A stretch of 56,237 nt of DNA, filler included, from Porpidia crustulata (lineage: Eukaryota), in assembly GCA_964255105.1 (NCBI GenBank). It is 6 parts of 6 records of this genome, joined end to end, with 100 filler letters (N's around TTAATTAATTAA, not from the genome) between each part and the next. Parts side by side here need not be neighbours in the genome. Positions count along the whole stretch, not along the records: positions 9,418 to 18,710 come from CAXUWE010000959.1; positions 18,811 to 28,095 come from CAXUWE010000960.1; 4 more parts are not named here. One strand, 5' to 3'. Shown here one piece after another: positions 12,750 to 24,281 of this stretch. The position numbers were made by a program, and so were the translations under genes. The notes beneath the pieces are model-generated. The model ran no database searches and was not told the DNA's origin. It saw nothing but the letters and a program-made list of their open reading frames with translations. Positions within the stretch are counted from its first letter, which is position 1, and each line of letters begins with the position of its first letter.

Positions 12750-15500
12750 AGGAAGTGAAATTTAAATGCTGATTATTAAATTGAATGGCCCGGTCTTTGT
12801 AATTGCCTCCGAAGTACGAGTGAGGGCAACGCCGATGACTGTAGAGACGTCGCTCGTGAGGTTGCGCTATCACGAGCCCACATTAGAAGTTCCTGCTTTA
12901 ATCATTGTTATAGAGATTCTTTCAAGAAACGGTCTATTCTTCTACTCTCGCTTGCTGGAGACTTGGTCCCAGAATATTTCAGATAAAGGTAGGATTATAT
13001 CCGGAATCGCAAAGATCATTGACTTGATATCTGAACTGTTATTGTTCGCAGCATCGGAACCGATAGCGAGATATTCCCAATATCACAGGCACCCTATAAT
13101 TCATCGTGGGTCAACAAAAGGGGGTCGCAGTTAGGACGTTGCGATATCCACTGCGTAGAACAAACTTTTGGCTGTGCTTACGACTCTATACATTGGTACA
13201 AGCGATTTCGGTGTCGAGGCTTCTGATCTTTTCGTGCCTGACGTACATAGCCTCGGACAAACGGGAGACGAATAGATGCCGAAAGCAATTACACAGAGAA
13301 TGGCATATAATCAGCGATCCTTTTGAAGATTGTTGTCAAAAACTTGAGGATTTGGCTCGTAGTGCGATAGATGCGATGTTTCTAAATCATCGTATCGACT
13401 AGGAATGCGTTACGATGATCTGGAATGTTCAGTATGAGCGCAATTTTGATTGAAAGCTGAGCGCGTTCGGTTCCTCGTTCAGCCAGATATTTTGCGAACA
13501 ATAAGTCTGATCGACTGTATTTCAATGTGTTGAGTATGCTGTAAAGTTTTGGTGAGGTTATACTTCTCTCTCGATCGCGAGCGACGCGAGTGACTGATGA
13601 ATTAGGATACTCGATTCGCAGAAGACCTCTCGAAGCCCTGAACGCTGAGATGCATCGAATTCTTCAAACCATAGATCGTGAATAGGAGCAGAAATTGAAA
13701 TCCTCCGATCGATACCACACCCATTAGGGCATTCGAGCATCTGATGCTACCGATAGCTGAGACTTTGTAATGGAAAAGGACTGTGATGAAGTCATCTAGA
13801 CGTACAAGAATCTTTGTGCATATATCTTTAAGATGGCTGAAGCGGAAGACCTTCTATGTTAGGTCGAGAGCCTCCTTTGGGCGGTCAACCCGCTCTGCAC
13901 ATAAGACCTTGCTTCGATCTCCTGTTGATCCTCTGATAAGGCAGCCGCAATTTTTTATAGGAGTTCTGACTAATTGCATATTGTCTTATTAAAATATTGA
14001 CACGTTGAATATGTATTCCGGTCAGCTCGATGTCTTCTTTTCTCCATGTTCCCGCCACCTTTCTCAACGTCCCCTTCTTCATCATCTCCACTCTGGCCTT
14101 ACTCACCTCACTTATGGTAACCAAGACTGAAAAACGCAGTTTTTGGATATCAATTGATTAAAAACGTTTACACTCGAAATGATTGCCATATAGGTTGCGA
14201 GGTCGCTTTTCGGACTTTTTGAACTTCTTCCCTCTTTGGACCGTAATAGCTACTCACCAGGACATCTTCGAGTCCGCAACTCCATATGATCAATGTGAAA
14301 TTGCATACTGACGAAGACAGATTGAATTTCGATTTCCTACGGGCATGCAACGCCCCTAGTTGCGACACGCTGCAGCTATCAGCCTGTCAGATGCTCCGGA
14401 TTATGCTCATGTATTCTCAATGGGCCGTGCTGGATGAACTAGATAGAATCTATCTAGTTCATCGACACGTGTTGAGAAACGATTTTTTCTTCAAATTTCA
14501 ATATGAGATTTGATAGCGCAACAAAGTCTTCTGCGTAGATGACGATGCAAGTATCGAGCCAGCTTTTACCCCTCGATTCAATGAAGGACATCTGTAATCC
14601 AGTAGTGCGAGGAAGGTAATGTATCAAGGAACTGTGTGGAGATAGAATTTTCAGGGGTTATCTTATCTTGATAACTTTCTATACCACTAAACTTTGTAGT
14701 CTGTGAAATAGAATCGTCATATTCTGTGTCCAGATATAGAGTCGGCATGGGGTTCTTAGTTCGTAGCATTGCTTTCACGAAACTAATCACCGTCTTTTCA
14801 TCAAGCTTATTTTAATGTCGATAATAATTTCCATGGCCGACTGACTTATATATTATTGACTTTTTGCGCAGTTGGTTTTAAGATCAGAGGTACTTGCATC
14901 GATATCGCTCACGTAGCTCTTACTAAGGAGACATTAATTGAATACCGTCAAGATCGTATGGTATATTTTATAGCGTTGTCAAGATCTCGTGGAAGAGTTT
15001 TCGTGTCGACGGAGTTCGCTCGCCTACTGTCGCTGAGAAGAGGTGCAATGTCGAGGGAATGGACTGTGTATACGCGTGTGGAGAGGTGGTAGTAACAGGT
15101 CGTGCGTGTGCGGTAAGGAGAGGAGGAGCTGTAGAACTCAGCGACCGAGATCGAGATTGAAAATGCTGATTTAGCTCTGCCCAGGCTATCAGGTTCGGTG
15201 GCGTATCGAGTTCGGCGATGTGGTTGAAGATACGAGTATCAGTAGAAGGGAATATGGCTACAATGATTTTTGAGTTGATCGCGACTGATCTTCGTTTCTT
15301 GAGGGTGAACTTTAATTGCGTTGAGGTTTTGAAGTAATTCTATCCTTAGTTCCTCCGTCTTTTAAATCAGTTCGCAAGTCTTTCAGAAGATTGTCCTGAC
15401 TGATGGAGACGTTGGCTTAAGTGACGTTTGATTTGTCCTGACGCTCAGCCATTACCACCGTTCGGATATTCGCGATTTTCTTGTATTAGCTGCTGCTCGG
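12750..15500. pseudogene. Several decayed ORF remnants, family not recognised
   Basis: Short protein-like frames interrupted by TAA/TAG/TGA, e.g. minus 12760-13110 and plus 13770-13905. No long intact ORF. Confidence 0.35.
14433..14463. repeat. 31-bp palindrome (15-bp perfect arms, 1-nt centre)
   Basis: GATGAACTAGATAGA-A-TCTATCTAGTTCATC. Confidence 0.9.
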
Positions 15501-15620
15501 ATATCTCTCGGTCCTGTGCAAATGCCTCGATTCAATGAAATGCCATTATTTACTCGACTATTGCACTTGATGTTTGCTTAGCTCAACAAAACGCCATTCT
15601 TATTAAGCAAATCTTAAAAG

Positions 15621-16076
15621 CTATTTCGCTTCATGCTCGCTAATGAAGAATTGAATCCCAGTCCACCAGTGCACTGATGCGTCCCAGCAGCGAGGTAGTG
15701 CGAGCATGAATCCGAGCTGTGTCATTAAACGAAGGAATCGTCGAGACCGCCGCAACCGTCTGGACCGCAGGAGAAGCAGAGACAGGAGGCGTAGGCCACT
15801 CACGAGCGGAAAGGGTGACGCCCGAGGGAATGACAACCGTGAAACAGGAGGCTGGACACAGGTAGCGCCACTGTGGCGATGACAGTTTGCACATTTGTTG
15901 GATGGGATTAGATCATCCCGTATCACATAACAGCCGTAGAAAAAGGAAGACTGTAACGGAAATTCGACACCATCGAAACTATTGTGGCTGATATCAATTA
16001 ATGGATGTGGCTGAGGTTACTGAGTGATCGACCAGCGCGAGCAACTTCCCACGGACAAGAATAATAGTAGTTGTCA
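15621..16076 (-). pseudogene. Cys-rich DUF3716-like remnant
   Basis: IILVRG...FFYGCYVIRDDLIPSNKCANCHRHSGATC resembles the F-x-x-C...CANC...C pattern of DUF3716; the frame is broken upstream. Confidence 0.35.
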
Positions 16077-17986
16077 CTTGCTAATATAAGGAGGGTATAT
16101 ATATCTTCTTCTGTGCTGAATGGAAGTGTTCTTCGAAAGGGAGCATTTTCTGTCACTCCCAGGAAAGTCTGAGATTTCTCAATTTAAATCGGGAATTCTA
16201 CGGTCAGCAGTGCGAGTCTATAATCCTTTCTTGCGTCAGAGCTATCGGAGCGAGGCTCTTTAAGCGTATAAGAGTGCAACGACTCAAAATTGGTGAAAAC
16301 TGTGCTCTGATGATGACACGCTATTGGCAGGTCAGTCTTGAGTACTGGTAACAAATGTTCTCTCCTCATTCTTCAATTCGCATGGTCCATTTCCACCAAG
16401 ATGGAGATTACGACACACTTTGCTCTGTAGAGGTTGATTGAGTATAGATTGAGGCTCTTCGCATCGATCTAGATAGTCACGATGTATTCTAGGGACAAGG
16501 GACCATAATTAGCGATTCTTTTCAACAGTTGCTCCGAGAGTGCAAGAAGGAGGGTATTAAGGTGGGTGCCGTTGTCACTTCCTATTGACCATACTTGCAG
16601 GAATTGTTCTTTTGGCAATTAATAATAGTCAAAAATCTTGGCCATGCTTGCTGCGTACAAGGAATAAATTCAGCAGGAAAGGATTTACCAAGAATCATAA
16701 CGGTTTTGATAAAGCCAAGTGATTGATTAAGGTCGAAGTTTACCTGTCTTGAACATGTCATAGTATATTAAACGAAATGTTGTGGTGCACGCATCAATAA
16801 AACGATAGTCTTCGGTCGAAGAAATGCTTTAAAGTAGATAAAGGTTCATTGAATGAATAGTACATCAGAAATAACTTTCATACAACTCTGGCGATTGATG
16901 AAGCACAATACAGTGATATCGCAAACCTTTCCAGCCAGTCAACGAACTGCGAAATGAACAATGGAAATAGTGATTAGCCCAATGCCCAATGCTATACTAC
17001 GATAGTGATAGTTGTAAACATGATGAAGTGTATATGTAATAATGAATGGATTTTTATACTAAAGAAGAACGTTCAGTGTCACGATGATGAACTTCAGTAA
17101 CTGAAATCAACTTATGTGAAGGAAGTCCTGGTCACGGCCCGTTTCTCTAAATCCTGGCCAAATGGGTGGTAAGAGATTCGACGTACTCGGGAATAGATGG
17201 AATACAAAATGGAGGCCCTGGATATTTGAAATCCTACTAATTAGCATTTGGAGCCAATAACTCGTGATTGGGCTTGGCTCCTTCACGTTCTCTGCGTAGC
17301 AAAAGACGTGACACTTTCCCAATTCAAAGTCTGTCTGGCTGAGTCCAAAGTTTGCTGGATACATGGACCTGGCAGACCAGGTTACTACCATCCCATTTGA
17401 AAATTGATGTTGAGAAGTAGTGTGAGGAACCTTGGAAGTTCGGACGTATCCCCGCTAGCCCAATATAGCACTAAAGTAGGGAAAGGCTATGACCCGCGCC
17501 AGGTGCTTACTCTGTTCTCAATCTGCTTTGCACAGATGCTTTCCAATTCGGTCATAGGATTAGTAGCATGCAACGTCCTCACGGGATAAAACTGGATATT
17601 CCGCTCACTCGTATTCATTGAAGATGTTTTAGAACCACAGTTTCTCGGCATCTGGGCCGTCGCCGAAGCGCGAACTTACGAGACCCGCTTATGAAATGCT
17701 TTGTAAAAGAGTACAAATGATCAAGTTTTGATATAGCACAGGCGGAAAGCTCGAAGAAGGTATGGCCGTACATGAGCATACATATCCCTCCGGTTCTGGC
17801 TATTCACATGATCTGCCCTTTCAAGATCCAATTTTCAGCTCTTCTTGCCTCATTCTTCTCCTCGCGTACCTTCAATTCCCTTTACCAGATACAAATCATC
17901 TCCTTAAATTAGTTCAAAATCATTATTCCCACTTTTCGAAGCCAATCCACATAAGTTTTCCAATCTTCCAGTCCAAGATTACTGCC

Positions 17987-18710
17987 ATGGCCAAAACCCC
18001 CGTCTACTTCATCTCTCACGGCGGGCCTAATCTCATATACGATGTGGATCACCCGGCTTACAAGAATTTGCAAGAGATTGGTACAGAAATCACGACCCAG
18101 GTGAAACCAAAAGCCGTAGTGGTTTTCTCGGCGCATTGGCAAGCTACAGGCAAAGGCGTAGAGGTCAATACTGCCGATAGCGGAGACTTGACATATGAGT
18201 CAGTATCTCCTCTTCTAGGTTCGAAACCGACTCCGTCGACAACGCACCATACAGTTAGAAGGGCATTAAGAATATCTAACAAATCATCAAAGCTTCTACA
18301 ACTTCCCATCCCACTACTACAAAGAAACCTACCCCAACACCGGCAGCAAACCCCTATCCACTCGAATCCACTCCCTCCTCCACTCCGCCAACATCCCCGC
18401 CACCCCCGTCTCCCGCCGCCTCCACCACGGCATCTCGTTCCCCTTCAAAGTCCTCTTCGACCCGACCACCAACCCCCTAAACGCCCCGATCGTCCAAATC
18501 TCCCTCCTCGGCTCCGAGGACCCCAATGCCCACTACGCTCTCGGCCACGCCCTAGAATCCCTACGATCGCAGGGGATCCTGGTGCTCGTGTCCGGGATGG
18601 CGGTGCACAATCAGAGGGACCTGCGCAAGATGATGCGGGATCCGACGCCTTTGCCGTATGGGCTGTCGTTCGATGAGGCGCTGAAGGAGGCTGTTGAGGG
18701 AGAGGTGGAG
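17987..18710 (+). CDS. Extradiol ring-cleavage dioxygenase (LigB/DODA-type), truncated at contig end
   Basis: MAKTPVYFISHGGP, FSAHW, YDFYNFP, PIVQISL and SGMAVHN motifs; intron 18199-18292. Confidence 0.9.
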
Positions 18711-18810
18711 NNNNNNNNNNNNNNNNNNNNNNNNNNNNNNNNNNNNNNNNNNNNTTAATTAATTAANNNNNNNNNNNNNNNNNNNNNNNNNNNNNNNNNN
18801 NNNNNNNNNN
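18711..18810. other. Artificial contig spacer
   Basis: N44-TTAATTAATTAA-N44. Confidence 0.98.
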
Positions 18811-19160
18811 GGACAGCAGGTTCACTCGAGATCCGTTGGAGTGGGGCTGGCGCAGCGGATGTGAGTGATCCGGCCGGGGATCAGTAGAATGTGGATGAGT
18901 TGGTCACCCAGGGCATAACTATAGATTTTTTGGCGGAGTTCGAGGGGTAGCTTTGTGAAGAAGGGCGAGGTTCGCTGGGAATCGATGTTGTGAGAGAAGG
19001 AAATGTCTTTGCTATTCGGGGACAGCGGTTTGGGGAGGAGTTTTTTTCGCCTTTTAATCGCTTTCCGAGGGTCTACTTTGCAAGATCTGAGATTTAAAAC
19101 GAAGTAACAAGGCAGGATGAGAGGTAGGGCGATGAGATTTTTGAACCACGCTGGCAGCAT
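18811..19160 (-). CDS. 5' part of a fungal F-box-like (DUF7730-type) hypothetical protein
   Basis: SPFFTKLPLELRQKIYSYALG...IHI...THIRC motif. The ORF stops at 18822, probably inside an intron, just before the contig end. Confidence 0.65.
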
Positions 19161-19885
19161 TGTTTTTATCGAAATTGGTTTATCGGTGAAAGTGGTGTAT
19201 TGAGACAGAAAAGAATAAAACCTCCGAGCTTTACCACGTCAGAGAACCCACTGGAATGGATGGTTGGTGTTGAGACGGAGTGAAGTGGCCAGAGTACTCT
19301 TTCGAGCGATGAGTAAATATCGAAAAGCTAAGCCGCGAGTGATGACTCGATAGCATCCTTGGACAACAACAAGAAAAACATGAAAGAATGACACGTCCGA
19401 CAGGAGGATCTCACTGCCTCGAAAGATTGGAATGGTGATGGTCTGTGTTACAGAAAAGTTGCTTGAGAGTTGAAGGAGGGCGGAGCGGGGCGCAGTCTTG
19501 GCAGTCACGTGGTCTAATGTTCCGGCCGATTTCTGCAGCATTCAATCATTCAAAATTACTACTGTCCAAAGGATAATTTGATATCATAACAGTTTCATTC
19601 GTGGTGCTGTACTATGACGATTAACACATGTCGCTGTCTTAACCAGTCGTTGTATCTTATCGTGGAGAAGAGAGAGCTTGGTAGTTAATGAGAGGGCAAG
19701 GAAACAGCCGTTCACATTGGCTTTGACAGGAGATGCAGACAGTCCCAATCTCATCCTGCCTCTTGAAAATATGCCATCTCTCACACAGATGCAAGAGCTT
19801 GTGTGAGATAACACCAAGGGTGTATAGAGTACCGCGGCATACACGGTATGAGGATCTCCTCGCCCAAGTTCGTCAGACTAGCTCT

Positions 19886-20215
19886 TCAGTCCTCTTCGCA
19901 TCCACTAGGAGCAAGAGGTCTCGATCCTAAAAACAAAATCTCCATGCGTCCTTGAGGAATCTCCCTCTCAAGACAATCGATATCGTCTTCTAGGTCATCC
20001 TCGGATTTCGTAGCAGAAGCAATATGAAAACCCTCGTGAACGACACAGAGTCGAAATCCATTCTGCGGCCCGTGGCGTGTGGTTTGGTAAATGAAAAATA
20101 GCATCGGCGAGCGTAACGTATTGTTGGTCTCGTTACGCTTGCCATGCCAGTAGATGTGGTGACGCACAGCTCCTAGACTGTTCGAGATTTCATCCGTGGC
20201 GCCGACGTTGGCGAT
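19886..20215 (-). pseudogene. Fragment of a fungal hypothetical protein
   Basis: Protein-like segment LFFIYQTTRHGPQNGFRLCVVHEGF...DDIDCLEREIPQG with no clear start or full gene model. Confidence 0.35.
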
Positions 20216-22582
20216 TTACTGAAAAACAGCAGGCGAGAGCGGATTCGACGCTGAGATAATATGTGATTCTATATGACCAGGAACGTCATGTGAAGCACTC
20301 GCCATCTTCTAGTCCCAGAGCTATCGCTTGTTTGATCGTCTATTGCGTTTGTGTCAGCTATTAAATGCCCCTGAAAGGCATTTTTGGGCAGAAACAGCAA
20401 GTCGCTTACAAAATAATGAGCCACTCGGCAATTAACACAGAGAAAGGTGTTTCTGCCGTATGAGAAAAGGAACTAAACAAGGGCCTTTAGGTAAATAGGG
20501 TTCTGAGGGTGGAAGGATGGAGTTCTCTTTGACAGGAGTGGTGCCTAATCACCCCGGGGGTTGTCAAAAGTCACTCAAGGACCCAGTGATTCTTGACATA
20601 CCCTGGTGAATATGCTGCTACAGCTCAGTAAGCAGAAGTACGTCATCCAAACTACTTCCCTTTGTCACTTCTTATAAGTGCAAGGTTACTACAGCGTCTC
20701 TAGAGGAGCAAGTATCACTTGCGGTATACTGACTGGTTTTGGTTAGGACAGTATTCGTATTCGCTGTCAGTTCGGCTACCATGTCAAGCATTAGGACTAC
20801 GTGATCGATTCAAAGCCAGCGTTGCCGAACTACGGGCTTGGCCGAACTGGCAGTGTATAGGAGTAGTAACCTAACAGGTCCAGGGAGTGTGAGCCGTAGC
20901 TCATTTCGACTCGATGTAATGGCACCGTCAGCCTTGACGTCCGCTCTTTTGCCGATGATGCTGCAGCTGATAAGGAGGAGAGGAAGAGTTCATAAATATG
21001 GCTCAAGCAATGGAAGAACAATAGAGGATGGGGATCTTATAAGTTGCTGTAGACGAGGTTACCTAGTTCCGGCTCTGTCTACAATCCCATCGTTATGAAG
21101 AGAATACGCTCTGCTCGATCAACGATGTGTCTAAACGAACGCGAATTACTGGTTGGCATGCAGAAACATGGCCCTATCTTGTGCGCTGAGGTGTGTTACA
21201 TGAGGCATTCTCCGGTCGAATACCGACGCTGCGTCACCCGATAGAAAGAATTTTACGAGGAGAATAGTGCTGCCTGAAAACGATGTGATAGTGTTCGGAC
21301 TCCCGATTTTCAATCAGCGAAGATATTCTCCTGCAGAAAGTCTCGTTACCGGATCAAGTGAGGTGCTCATACGTGCATTGGAATCGCACAGCGACGATGA
21401 AAGAGGAAGGTATTTTCTTTACTGATTATTTGGCTGTCACGCAGTCCTCTTATCGGCTTGGAGCCGTTTTGACACCCAATTTTTTGTTGTTGACGAACCT
21501 TTCGACGATGCGAGCGCCATGTTAAAAGTCAGCTAAGTAGTCATAATCGGCGAAGGCAACTAATGATCCACAATGAAAGTTGATAGCTGTGACCGGATTG
21601 TGAGAACAAGAGCAGTGATTTAGCAAATGACGCATTTAACATCCAATCTGAGCATCGAGCGAGATTGGGCAGCAGGGACAGAAAGTGTGACCAGTGAAGC
21701 CCGGCGATCCGAGCAACGATGATTGCATAGATACCTTACACTACTTGTTACGCGAAGAGTGACGACGTCGTTGCAACGGGGATGATTCTTATTTCAGATA
21801 CGGTAGGTGTATACTGAGCGAAACAATCGAGTGCCATCGCATCCATCGATGAGGCAGCCTTGATAGACAGGTTGCTACGCAAAAAATTCGAAGACATTGA
21901 CGAGACATCAACCTTCGAGAATTCAAGCTCTTCTTTCGAGGACGCACAGCTTAGACTAGAGTCTCGAAAATTAAAATTATCAAGACTGCTCAGTATGAGT
22001 AGCTAATTATACCGACACAATTCGCTCAAGATTTCTATCTTCGTGAAAAAGATGGGTGTGATTGGGCGAGGCGTTTTCAAGTCATCAATTATTTTTGGGT
22101 TTGGGGATATATTTGTCGCTTGGTTGTCCTGATGCGACAAGAAAGTATTGAGATTTCGAAGAGAACCGCACATGGTGAATGTGCAGATGGTTGGGTACTG
22201 TCAGGTTGGTGTATTGCTCCAGGGAGACGGATGTTGGAATTAATTGACGATTTGATACGAAACGTCTTTGTTACCTTAGCAGCTGTGCGTCGAAGGTTTG
22301 ACCATGTTCCGCTCATGTGTTCACCTTGGAGTCGGAGTGCGGCTGCCGCTCGAGCTGAGATAGTATTGGGACGGCCTTTGATGAGTGGACGGTATAATTT
22401 TTGGTTATGGATCGATGGAGTGGATACGTGTACTGTTTACCCCTTGTACGCTAATTTACAGTTCATTTTCCTAATGGACTGCTCAAATCTACAATCGACA
22501 TCGATGAAGAAAACACACAGGGAAATTCCCACTGTCAGAGTCAGTCCCAGTGGTTCCCAACCCAATATCCGAGCTTGCCGCT

Positions 22583-23204
22583 CTACGATGCACCTTTCCT
22601 CGCAAGCACATTTCCGGCAAGAACCATCTGGAAGAGCAGTAACAGGGTCGACGTAGCCCATATCCCAGTCCGCACAAAGCTTGCTCTGTGACTGGTTATG
22701 TTGATGTAAGCCAGCGTGTAGGCCACCCGGAAGAGCAGATAAGCGCCGGCACCTCCGTTCAAAGTACCGGCCGGCAGCTGCGCAAGGTTGCCAAGAACGA
22801 CGGCGCTCGCGAATACCGTCATATTTTCCATACCATTGAAATGGGCGGCTTGAGCGCGCTCCTGGGGATTGCTCTAGGATCAGTAATGTCTTTTCGAGGT
22901 CTCAGACTACTTATAAGGATGGCGGGGACGGGAGAAGACGCAATTCTGACGTGCTTGAAAAATATATTTGAAGATTCGGGACAATGCCCCTTGAGGACAC
23001 CTAGATTCTGAAATCACGTACGTAACGTGCATATGCCGCGGCAGGCACGCTTTTCTCGATCGCGGCTTGTGAATTGGACGAGCGCGGATTGGAGTTCTCA
23101 AAGCGTCCGTTGTTGGCAGACGTGATCACGTTGACGGCGTAGGAGTGTGGGGCGATGGTTAGGAAATAGTAGACCGGAATCGCGTAAACGGAGAGGTTCA
23201 TCAT
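22583..23204 (-). CDS. MAPEG-family membrane protein
   Basis: Two exons (intron 22862-23021) give ...NSNPR...YERAQAAHFNGMEN...FASAVV...YLLFRVAYTLAYI...RTGIW, with four hydrophobic segments. Confidence 0.85.
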
Positions 23205-24281
23205 GATTATCTTGGGCAGCTGATGGATGGGAGTATGCACAAGATAAGTCTTTGGTTTACTCGATTAGCGACTGAGTTGACATTTCTTCCTGTAGGCTTA
23301 CTTGATGCGGGTGTGTTGGGGATGATTTGTGAAACCCTCGTTGACTCTTTTCGTGATTCCAGAATGAAAGTTGAGTACTTTGGGAGAAGGCAGATATTTA
23401 AACGATGCTATTATAAATCGACATTTGAATGAAAGTAAGGTATCTATTGGTCTAGCTATCAACGAGGTTTGTATCTCGCAGGTCTAACCGACAATATCAC
23501 ATTTCCAGGGAGAGTCTCACGTGACAGTGCTGACTATCCGTATCCGGTCTAGGTACAGCGCGACCTTGGGCCACCGGCTTTTGTATCCATCCATTCAACA
23601 ACATGGTATGCATCACTGTCAGAGAAACCCAATAATACTAAGAATGCTGAACAGTCACCGTTCTTTGCATTTGGGATGGATCGGTCACGATCATTGGATT
23701 ACCTCTGCTGTGTCTTTGAGAGTAACCGAATTTCTTGATCACTCTCCCTGGATCTTTACGAACAGAAACATGTGGTTGTACATCTTCCGCTATGGTTACA
23801 CAAACACAATCCTTTCGGTTGACCGGGCTTGGGTTTTCCTTGCTCAGCCGCAGCTGAAGCCTGTCTCTTCTTTCGAAGCCTCGTTTAAAAATCCATGTTT
23901 CTCGTATTCGTTAAAGCCGATAACCAATGTGGAAACGCAAACGTATATTGCGACGCGTCTTTGGGTCTTATTCATCAAGGAAAATTAAGGATTTGACATG
24001 CAGCGGTCTTGGAGAAACCTTTCCCGAGGCTCTGCTTCCACTGCTCCCTGGTGATTTCCCTTGTGTATATTTGAGCATTTACGTATTGTGTGTGCAATAT
24101 TTCAGCGGCGGTGAGGATCATAAGCGATCCTCGATCCGCCAAGGCAAACCGGTCGTTCGTCATACTTGTCCTGGCTCAAGTAGGAGCTACTACTTGCCCG
24201 CCCTCTCATATTTCCTATCCTCCTTCCCTCTTCCCTCTGACTATTCCATTATACCCAAGGACGTAATTAATACCTAGAGCT

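Noticed and set aside
9418..17700. Calling contig 2 a Starship or other named giant transposon
   Set aside because: The content looks accessory, but no tyrosine-recombinase captain, transposase or element boundary is visible.
17762..18676. 304-aa ORF with a Pro/Arg-rich tail
   Set aside because: It reads through the LigB intron into the wrong frame; the spliced product is the dioxygenase.
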